56,346 nucleotides of DNA, from positions 1 through 56,346 of IMG/VR virus record IMGVR_UViG_3300028733_000004. One strand, 5' to 3'. Numbering within the stretch: the first letter of the stretch is position 1; each line of letters opens with the position of its first letter. The position numbers were made by a program, and so were the translations under genes. The notes under the pieces are model-generated. The model did no database searches. It saw only the letters and a list, made by a program, of their open reading frames with translations, and was not told the DNA's origin. This DNA is from a virus (taxonomy: Duplodnaviria > Caudoviricetes). Positions 1 through 7,265 of the stretch are shown one piece after another.

Positions 1-2
1 TG

Positions 3-368
3 GTAATCCTTATTGCCATTCCCCTACTTATTTCCCTTGCTTGCTATTCCCAAGTTCCCTGGAAGGATAACATCCATAACCCAGATAATGCAGATTACAT
101 TGCTGAGGTTGCCTTTAACCTGGATCTCCCAGACTCTATGGTAACCCAATCCTTATTTAACGAAAGGTATCTGCCTTCATACCAAATGGGCAGACCCAGG
201 GTAATCTACAAGAAGCCTAAAGCTAAAAGAGATTCCACTACTAATATAACTTATATAGATGGCTACGTAAGATACCCAGTATACGTTACCCGGAACAATA
301 AGGTATATATATCAAGGATATCGAAGAAGGGGAACTATTATAGGAAGTATATATCCTTAGCCCAATGA
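3..368 (+). CDS. Putative exported protein, 5'-truncated, with hydrophobic signal-like N-terminus and basic C-terminal domain
   Basis: The frame of ORF 138..368 is open back to nt 3 (VILIAIPLLISLACYSQVPWKD...); C-terminus PVYVTRNNKVYISRISKKGNYYRKYI. Confidence 0.65.
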   Translation, partial: VILIAIPLLISLACYSQVPWKDNIHNPDNADYIAEVAFNLDLPDSMVTQSLFNERYLPSYQMGRPRVIYKKPKAKRDSTTNITYIDGYVRYPVYVTRNNKVYISRISKKGNYYRKYISLAQ

Positions 369-559
369 AAATGATCTTAGTGATTTATCCAATACCCTGG
401 TCTAGGGTAAGGCCAATGCCCATAATAGTATTTGCCTCAGGTATGGTATTAATAATCCTTCCAGCATGGCTATTCCAATTATCAGTTAAGGAACAGAATG
501 AGACTATAGAATCATATAAACCTTTAAACATTACACCTCATGAAGAAGACATCACCTAA
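365..559 (+). CDS. Small membrane protein
   Basis: Overlaps upstream stop (ATGA); one hydrophobic segment IIVFASGMVLIILPAWLF. Confidence 0.55.
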   Translation: MKMILVIYPIPWSRVRPMPIIVFASGMVLIILPAWLFQLSVKEQNETIESYKPLNITPHEEDIT

Positions 560-626
560 GAATGAACTGGGCTTTGGCATTATAATACTTATCATTGCCA
601 TCTGCTGTATACTTGCATTTACTTAA
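540..626 (+). CDS. 28-aa single-TM peptide (not in ORF track)
   Basis: ATG 540, MKKTSPKNELGFGIIILIIAICCILAFT, TAA 624-626; overlaps upstream gene and precedes a terminator. Confidence 0.45.
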   Translation: MKKTSPKNELGFGIIILIIAICCILAFT

Positions 627-664
627 AGTGTTCACTACACTGACAAAGGCTACCTAAGCCTTAT

Positions 665-705
665 TAGGATCTTGAGTTTTTAGTCATTCTCAAGATCCTA
701 TTTTT
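665..705 (+). terminator. Intrinsic terminator
   Basis: TAGGATCTTGAG...CTCAAGATCCTA stem followed by TTTTT. Confidence 0.85.
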
Positions 706-840
706 GTGTGTGAAAGCCACTAGCTATGCACTTGCTTCGGAAGGTTCAGGCCTTTATATGCTCCGTAGATGGCCCTAATGTTATTTTGTATTTAGAGGCA
801 AGGCCTACATCTCAGGCTTACCTTTAGGGCCCTAATTAAA

Positions 841-872
841 TTTGTATATATGAAATAAAATGATTATATTTG
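841..872 (+). promoter_or_regulatory. Host sigma-A (Bacteroidota) early promoter
   Basis: TTTG (841) ... TATATTTG (865-872) matches the -33 TTTG / -7 TAnnTTTG consensus. Confidence 0.75.
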
Positions 873-917
873 TAGACTATAATAATATAGTAACAACAAT
901 TTTAAAAATGACTAATT

Positions 918-1334
918 ATGCAAAACCTACAAAATTTTACCCAACTCCTTGCCCAACAAATCCTGGATAACCCAGTACCAGACATGGATGATGCCCTAAC
1001 CTCTGAAGGACAGATCATAATGGACTTCCCTGGTTACTCAAGTATGGAACTATCTGTAATACTGGTTGAACACTCTACACCAATGGGTCTCTCACTTGCC
1101 ATACTCTTAACCGAGGACGATACCGAAGAAAATACTAACTTCTATACTGAACTCTACGAAGGTATTCTCACCATCGCTGCCATACTAAGGGACTACCTAG
1201 AATCCATCTTTTCAGAAAATACCAACTCTGATGCCTGCTCATTCTCTATAAACTGGGACACTCACCATGGTGCTCAACCTGGGGAAGACGGACTTTGGGA
1301 ACTAACCCTGAATATAACGGATTACCTTTCATAA
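918..1334 (+). CDS. Highly acidic hypothetical protein (candidate DNA mimic / anti-defence)
   Basis: 138 aa with 24 D/E, 0 K and 1 R; has its own promoter and terminator. Confidence 0.8.
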   Translation: MQNLQNFTQLLAQQILDNPVPDMDDALTSEGQIIMDFPGYSSMELSVILVEHSTPMGLSLAILLTEDDTEENTNFYTELYEGILTIAAILRDYLESIFSENTNSDACSFSINWDTHHGAQPGEDGLWELTLNITDYLS

Positions 1335-1355
1335 CCAGCTACCTAGCTACCTACA

Positions 1356-1388
1356 AAAGGTACCCTTATTACTTGGGTACCTTTCTTG
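1356..1388 (+). terminator. Intrinsic terminator
   Basis: AAAGGTACCC...GGGTACCTTT stem followed by CTT. Confidence 0.75.
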
Positions 1389-1972
1389 TGTGATTACCTT
1401 TCAAACCCACTAGCTACAGGTGTTAGGCCTTCAGCATCTGGCCTTATAGAACTCAGGATGAGGGGCCTTATTGAATCCATTGATGGCCTTTTTCTAAAAG
1501 CCACCGGCTACGAGGGCCCAGCGGTAAAGATTAGGCCCTATTGGGATTTAAAGCTTTCTCCATCTATGGCCCTGCCCAGGCATAAGGAGCATGGGATTTA
1601 GGGGATAAAGTATAGGCCTTAGATGGATAGAGATAAGGTACCTAAACCTTTCAAAGCCAGGAGCTAAGGCATCGTAACCACAACGCATTTCCCAATATGC
1701 ATGTAATAAAAATATGTCATTTTTTAATGTCATTTTGTTGTATTCTTTTAACTATTACATTAATGTTTTTTAACTGTCAAAATAATTTATATTTAAAAAA
1801 ATAAACTACTTTTGAAATGTCAAACGGACAAAGATTTTTCTTTTTTACTTTGTACTGATTACAAAAACGCTCTTTGAATTTTTTTATTTATTTTTTATCA
1901 AAAAAATATCTATTAAAAAGAAAAACTATATATTTGATTTTTTATAAAACAACAATCTAAATTTAAAAAAAA

Positions 1973-2488
1973 ATGACTACATTAAGCAGTGACTCAAAAA
2001 ACGTTATTAATGCAAATAACGAAATTTCAAAAGCAATTGAAACAAGTTTAAAAAAATCTACTAATAAAGTAGAGAAAAAAGAAGTTGTAAAAAAAGATTT
2101 GAAAAAAGAAGCTACAACAACAAAAGCAAATGAGTATTTGCTTTCTATGCTAGATAAAAGTTTATTTGTTTCTAATTCGGGAATGAGTAAAGAAAATATT
2201 TATAAAGCTTCTATTTTTGCAACATGCATTACTGACAGAGATAAAAAAACAATCCGTAGAAAAATACGCAATAATATGGATAGTTTTATTAGTTCTTTTA
2301 TTTCGTATGAAACAAATAAAAATACTGATAAAATTAAAAAACTATTGACTGCATTTAAAGACTTTTACACAAATGTATATTCTTTAAATGATTATTCATT
2401 AAATAGTTTAATTAGTGCGAACACTGATACTGTAAAAAAGGATAATGTTATTAAAATGCTTTCAATTATCAAAAAGTATGACAAATAG
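1973..2488 (+). CDS. Lys-rich basic hypothetical protein in AT-rich island
   Basis: 171-aa ORF with A-rich start context; TATATTTG at 1929-1936 upstream. Confidence 0.8.
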   Translation: MTTLSSDSKNVINANNEISKAIETSLKKSTNKVEKKEVVKKDLKKEATTTKANEYLLSMLDKSLFVSNSGMSKENIYKASIFATCITDRDKKTIRRKIRNNMDSFISSFISYETNKNTDKIKKLLTAFKDFYTNVYSLNDYSLNSLISANTDTVKKDNVIKMLSIIKKYDK

Positions 2489-2500
2489 TTTTATCATTCA

Positions 2501-2531
2501 AATAACAACATACATAGTGTATGTTGTTATT
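2501..2531. terminator. Perfect 14-bp hairpin (terminator or processing site)
   Basis: AATAACAACATACA-TAG-TGTATGTTGTTATT. Confidence 0.6.
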
Positions 2532-2584
2532 ATTTCTTTTTATCTAATTAATTTAGTAGTTAAGCATTTTAATAATAAAAAAGC

Positions 2585-2842
2585 ATGAATATAAATAATG
2601 ATATTAATTTAGAACAACATTCAATATATAAAGATTTTGTTAAACAATATAATATTACATTGCTATCTTTTTATATTGATTTGAATTGTAGTGTAATGTT
2701 ATTTAGTTATGATAATTTAGATATAAAATATCAATTGAATAAAGATTTATTCATACATGAAATATCTATTTATTTTGATTGTTTAGATATTGAATTGATA
2801 AATATTTGTAGTGATAAATTCTTATTATCAATTGAATTTTAA
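2585..2842 (+). CDS. Hypothetical acidic protein in AT-rich island
   Basis: 85-aa ORF lying between two hairpins. Confidence 0.6.
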   Translation: MNINNDINLEQHSIYKDFVKQYNITLLSFYIDLNCSVMLFSYDNLDIKYQLNKDLFIHEISIYFDCLDIELINICSDKFLLSIEF

Positions 2843-2860
2843 ATTATTATTAAATCAATT

Positions 2861-2920
2861 TTAAAGTACATTTAAAGGACTATTATTAATGTCCCCTATA
2901 AATGTACTTTAATTTTTTTT
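2861..2920 (+). terminator. Intrinsic terminator
   Basis: TTAAAGTACATTTA...TAAATGTACTTTAA with inner GGAC/GTCC pairing, followed by T8. Confidence 0.75.
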
Positions 2921-3091
2921 ATATGCAAACACCGTCCCCCTATTCCACACAGAGATCCCACACTGCCTCGTATAAGGTTCGAACCCATTAGGTGATACCC
3001 TCCCAATGATTACCTTCCCACTATCCTACCAAGCCCACTTCCCATAAAAAATATCCAGCACTTTTCATCCCTCGTATAAGCTCTCTTACCT

Positions 3092-3135
3092 CACACAAAA
3101 AAGGTAGAGTTAACTTCCCAGTCTACCCTACCTTA
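3092..3135 (-). terminator. Intrinsic terminator of the leftward operon
   Basis: Minus strand GGTAGA...TCTACC stem followed by TTTTTTGTGTG. Confidence 0.6.
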
Positions 3136-3189
3136 TAAAATCAATCCAGATCTTTTACTCAACCGTTGTTCAAATAATATTCAAAAAAA

Positions 3190-3435
3190 TCAAATTATGC
3201 GGGGTTTCCTAAACCCTTTGGATATTAATATAGTCAATATCATTCCCACCAATATAACCTCTAGCAAAGGAGAGAATACCCAAATAGTAATCAAGGATAA
3301 CATACTCAATGTATCTTGCTTTATCCCCTTTCTCCTTACTCCCCCATCCATAAAGAAAAGAAAAGTAACAAATACCAACCCTATAATATAGCCTAACCAT
3401 AGGCATATCATACCAAACGTATATAGAGCTCCCAT
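3190..3435 (-). CDS. Membrane protein (2 TM)
   Basis: Two hydrophobic segments; TAATG coupling with the upstream gene. Confidence 0.7.
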   Translation of the reverse strand: MGALYTFGMICLWLGYIIGLVFVTFLFFMDGGVRRKGIKQDTLSMLSLITIWVFSPLLEVILVGMILTILISKGFRKPRII

Positions 3436-3977
3436 TATACTAAGGATTGTTCTATGAGTTTAACTAATAACTTTGCTCTAGAGGTTACCTCAGTCTTCCC
3501 ATGGGCACTAGTGTGAGATGAGTAATCACCCTGTCCTGGTTTAATACCTCGGTAGTAGGTACATTCCTCTTTGGTAAGGATCTCATGTACCTGGGTCTTT
3601 TCATATACATTTGAACCATCATCCCCAAAGGTTAATTTCTCTGGTAACATTTCCCATAGTTCCCCTGAGGTATATGCAGGGATTAAAGGGATATCCTCAT
3701 ACCAATCACTTTCATCTACCATACACCATACCTCTTTGGTATTAGGTTCTAGGAAGTATTCATGCTTTTCAGTAGGACTAAGTTCCTTAACCCTCCAGAA
3801 GTTAGCTGGCATAAAATTGTTGAACTTCCCTGAACCATATATCTTCATACATAATTCTGGATTTAAAATACCCTGTTCTAATCCCATAGTAGGGGTAGCC
3901 AATTGGTCATAATCTAAGGTTTCATCTGGCTTGTATGCCGATAGATGAAACCTTACTGGTTTTGTTTTAGCTTCCAT
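3435..3977 (-). CDS. Hypothetical protein
   Basis: 180-aa ORF; IPAYTSGELWEMLP motif resembles Bacteroidota phage orphans. Confidence 0.8.
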   Translation of the reverse strand: MEAKTKPVRFHLSAYKPDETLDYDQLATPTMGLEQGILNPELCMKIYGSGKFNNFMPANFWRVKELSPTEKHEYFLEPNTKEVWCMVDESDWYEDIPLIPAYTSGELWEMLPEKLTFGDDGSNVYEKTQVHEILTKEECTYYRGIKPGQGDYSSHTSAHGKTEVTSRAKLLVKLIEQSLV

Positions 3978-4071
3978 AAGAATAAGTTTATTAATTAGTA
4001 ATACAATTTAATTATAAGACAAAGAAAATTACTAGAACACTATTTAGATTATGCAGGATTTACCCTTTTAT

Positions 4072-4539
4072 TCAATCTGGCATATCTATTTTTCTATAAT
4101 GGGTAACCAATGAATCTGATATACCCCACCTTTCCGGCCCCCAAGTAAGGAATACCATACAATTAGAGGTTTTAGTTACAAGGTACCTCCCATAATCATC
4201 AGGGTAATGGCCCTTTAACTGAGGTTCATATTCTATCCAATCAGTTTCATGTCTGATTGGGATAGAATAAGCCTCACATTTCTTGTAGTGGATAGCTTTA
4301 GCCATCCCTTGGTTAACTATTAGGTCTAAATCCTTTACCATACCCAAGATTAAGTCATATTGACTCTTCTCATGGAAGTATAAAGGGCCATATTTTATAA
4401 GAAAGGCCTTATAAGCAGAGGTCAAAGAGAATTTAGGGTCCCTTTTAATGGATTTGTCCACTACTAATACAACTCTTTCTAAGACTGATAAATGATTATC
4501 AGACATTAGGATGGTAGTTATAGCATCTGTTTTATTCAT
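4072..4539 (-). CDS. Hypothetical protein with DUF551-like C-terminus
   Basis: DWIEY...P.D.GRYLV...VTHYRKI.MP pattern. Confidence 0.65.
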   Translation of the reverse strand: MNKTDAITTILMSDNHLSVLERVVLVVDKSIKRDPKFSLTSAYKAFLIKYGPLYFHEKSQYDLILGMVKDLDLIVNQGMAKAIHYKKCEAYSIPIRHETDWIEYEPQLKGHYPDDYGRYLVTKTSNCMVFLTWGPERWGISDSLVTHYRKIDMPD

Positions 4540-4870
4540 TACCCTTAATCTCTTTAGCCCACTCTTCTAGCCATTGAACTACATTAGTATCCTCAGGTGT
4601 ATCAAATTTAAAACTAAATGTAATAGTTTCAGGATTTTCTAGGCTTAATTCCTTAACTTTAGCTAAATACCAAGCCTCTTTATCCAAATCCTGCTGAATA
4701 AGGCTAAGACTTAAACCTTTTAAGCCAATTCTCATCCTGTATTTAAATGCATTCATTATACAGAAGTCAATGGTACTCTTGTAACCCCAGATATTTAACA
4801 TCATATCAATTACTTCTACTGGGTACTGGTTATAGTGAGATGGGTGATTTACTTGTTCTTCTTTACTCAT
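4532..4870 (-). CDS. DUF3310-family protein
   Basis: VNHPSHYNQ, FCIMNAFKYRMRIGLK and QDLDKEAWY motifs. Confidence 0.85.
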   Translation of the reverse strand: MSKEEQVNHPSHYNQYPVEVIDMMLNIWGYKSTIDFCIMNAFKYRMRIGLKGLSLSLIQQDLDKEAWYLAKVKELSLENPETITFSFKFDTPEDTNVVQWLEEWAKEIKGNE

Positions 4871-4872
4871 AA

Positions 4873-5556
4873 TTAAAATGTTGTATCATAGGTTATATCA
4901 TCAAATACAATAGGTACCAGTTTCTGGAACTGTCTTAATAATGGGCACATGAGTTCCCTCATCTGTGGATGAGCTACCTTTTGAGCACGTTGTTTGAAAA
5001 TAGTTCTCCATTCCCTTAGGTTAGCAGTAACCACTATCTCAGTTTTCAGTGCATTAGGTAATACTGATCTAGCTTCCTGAGCAACCCAACCTTCTTTTAA
5101 TAAATCCAGGTAAACCTGTTCACTGTTAGACATTGAGTGATACCATAATTTGGTAACCCTATCAATCTTCATGTAGTTGTGTTCATTGAGGATTTTAACT
5201 AAGTCAAGTTGTTCATCACTAAGCCAGAATGGCTGGATGAATGTAAGCTCATTACCAAACTTTTCCTTTGCATAATTACAGTACCTTGTACTTTCCTGGG
5301 AAAATGACGCAATTCGATGACGTACTAATTCATGGGAGATACCCCGGTCACATACAAATAAAACTGAAATTGACTGATGTTCTAGTACTGATTCATGGCC
5401 AAGTTGTATTAACTTAGCAATAAACTTCTCAGCACTTTCATCAGTAATAAGTTCTTCACTCTTGTAACAGGTTCTTCCTGCACGTTCAATGCTCTGTATA
5501 ATTGTCTTGCCATTAATATCTGACAAGATCTGGGTAGATGGTTTAATTAATTTCAT
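4873..5556 (-). CDS. thyX: Flavin-dependent thymidylate synthase
   Basis: GHESVLEH, HELVRHRIASFSQESTRY (RHRxxSxxxxSxR), ARSVLP, NLREW. Confidence 0.97.
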   Translation of the reverse strand: MKLIKPSTQILSDINGKTIIQSIERAGRTCYKSEELITDESAEKFIAKLIQLGHESVLEHQSISVLFVCDRGISHELVRHRIASFSQESTRYCNYAKEKFGNELTFIQPFWLSDEQLDLVKILNEHNYMKIDRVTKLWYHSMSNSEQVYLDLLKEGWVAQEARSVLPNALKTEIVVTANLREWRTIFKQRAQKVAHPQMRELMCPLLRQFQKLVPIVFDDITYDTTF

Positions 5557-5557
5557 G

Positions 5558-5992
5558 TTATGTTATTATTATGTTAAACTTCTTGGATAATTTCTTTAGC
5601 TTCTTGTAGATTGTCACTGTATCTTCTCTGGCAAGAGAATCAATACCAGTTGATATTGCATTCAACAGTGTTTTCATACTCTGTTTTGCAATGCGGTATT
5701 GATATTCTTTCTCTACTTCATCACTCCATAATTTATATGTAGCATTAACATTGGTTACACCCAAACGGGTTAATACTCCATTAGAGTGAATTATGGCTGA
5801 TAATTTAACTTGGTTACCAAGCAAGGCTACCTTAGTTTCTCGGTTAACCTCTTTTACAAAAGACTTATCAACTGTATATTGAGTAACGCATAATATTTCA
5901 TCTCCAATACGAAGTAATACTTCCGGAGCTTTTACAAAAGGAATTTTTGGTGTATCCCGTACAACCATAGAGTTTTTCTTCTTCTTTGCCAT
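5558..5992 (-). CDS. Hypothetical protein
   Basis: 144-aa first gene of the leftward operon. Confidence 0.75.
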   Translation of the reverse strand: MAKKKKNSMVVRDTPKIPFVKAPEVLLRIGDEILCVTQYTVDKSFVKEVNRETKVALLGNQVKLSAIIHSNGVLTRLGVTNVNATYKLWSDEVEKEYQYRIAKQSMKTLLNAISTGIDSLAREDTVTIYKKLKKLSKKFNIIIT

Positions 5993-6105
5993 GTTCTAGT
6001 TAGTTTATTAATTATATATAACAATATGATCAGGGTAGTACCAACTAGAAAACTATTTGCAATACCACTATGGCCATATATATAATAATAACTAACTCAT
6101 TCTAT

Positions 6106-7149
6106 ATGAATAAACTTAGAGTACTTGGAGTATGCCAAGGGCAAGGTGCGTTACTCTTCCCACTTAGAAAGCACCTAATTGGTAATGTAGAACCAAGGGG
6201 ATGTTTCCATACACCAAATGAAGAACAATGGAGGATAAACTTCGGGGATATACCATTTGTACGCAAGATTGATCAACTAAATCTACCCAAATATGTTGAT
6301 ATTATAATAGGTTCACCTAACTGTGGTACTAGCAGTATACTATCCTACTCTCGTAAGAAGACCCTGGGCAAACCAAAAGAGGATGAAAGCATCAATACCT
6401 TCATTACTATAACCCAGCAATTACAACCTAAGGTATTCCTTATGGAAAATCTACCAAAGCTTTTAGACTTCATAACACAAGGAGAATGGGAAACTCTATT
6501 CCTGGATTATGACTTAATCTTCCATACATATTCAGTAATGGAGTATGGCAATTCCCAAAAGAGTAGGGTAAGGCTTACATTAATAGGTGTTCGAAAAGGC
6601 TTGTCTAGTTTTAAATTAGAAGCATTCCAAAGAGTTTTCAAAGTACGTGATGTTAAGTTTACTAGAGAGCTTCTAGAAGACACTAGGTTATTACCTAAAT
6701 TCTTTCCAATGAATGGAAACATACGGGAATTAAGTTCTCATAAAGTTTGTATGTATGATTATCGAGATGGCCTTAAAACTAAACTGGGCCTCAAAGAGAT
6801 AAAGAAATTATGGGTAGGCGATTTTAAGGAGTGTTATAAATGGCCAATCAATTCTGCTAAGATGAAAACCCTACCTGGTGTTTATCGTAATAAACCAGAT
6901 GGGTACCCTATGACTGCTAGAAAACAAGATAGGCAGTTTAAACCAAACGGTGAGATCATGAGCCCAGCTGAATTAGCTGTAATCCAGGGTTATCCATTGA
7001 AGTATAAAATATACTGCATTGATACTGATACTAAGGAAAGGAACTATTGGATTAATAAAGGTAGGGTATCAATCACTAAGGGTCCCTCCTATGAAATAGG
7101 GTTATGGTTTAAAAAATGTCTACGGAAATCCCTCCTCGCGGGCGTCTAA
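6106..7149 (+). CDS. C5 cytosine DNA methyltransferase-like protein (atypical motifs)
   Basis: Motif IV DIIIGSPNC, VI FLMENL, VIII YGNSQKSRVR, IX-X ELAVIQGYP; divergent motif I VCQGQG; start taken at ATG 6106 (MNKLRVLG). Confidence 0.85.
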   Translation: MNKLRVLGVCQGQGALLFPLRKHLIGNVEPRGCFHTPNEEQWRINFGDIPFVRKIDQLNLPKYVDIIIGSPNCGTSSILSYSRKKTLGKPKEDESINTFITITQQLQPKVFLMENLPKLLDFITQGEWETLFLDYDLIFHTYSVMEYGNSQKSRVRLTLIGVRKGLSSFKLEAFQRVFKVRDVKFTRELLEDTRLLPKFFPMNGNIRELSSHKVCMYDYRDGLKTKLGLKEIKKLWVGDFKECYKWPINSAKMKTLPGVYRNKPDGYPMTARKQDRQFKPNGEIMSPAELAVIQGYPLKYKIYCIDTDTKERNYWINKGRVSITKGPSYEIGLWFKKCLRKSLLAGV

Positions 7150-7265
7150 TAACTAGCTAATATATATATATAAATATATATAACTAATAATAATAATTGG
7201 GTATAGGTATATGAGGTACGGTATATAACTTTCGATCTGAAAACAATTTAAAATAAAACAGTGAT

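Noticed and set aside
1386-1733. ORFs 1386..1601 (+) and 1548..1733 (-)
   Set aside because: The first starts at a TTG inside a terminator tail; both lie over the GGCC spacer and lack protein-like features
2964-3034. Canonical tRNA gene
   Set aside because: Mismatch in the acceptor stem, 9-nt anticodon loop, no variable region and no U8; kept only as a low-interest finding
660-3140. CRISPR-like or mini-array in the repeat-rich early region
   Set aside because: Repeats are 4-11 bp and irregularly spaced; no 25-45 bp repeat-spacer periodicity
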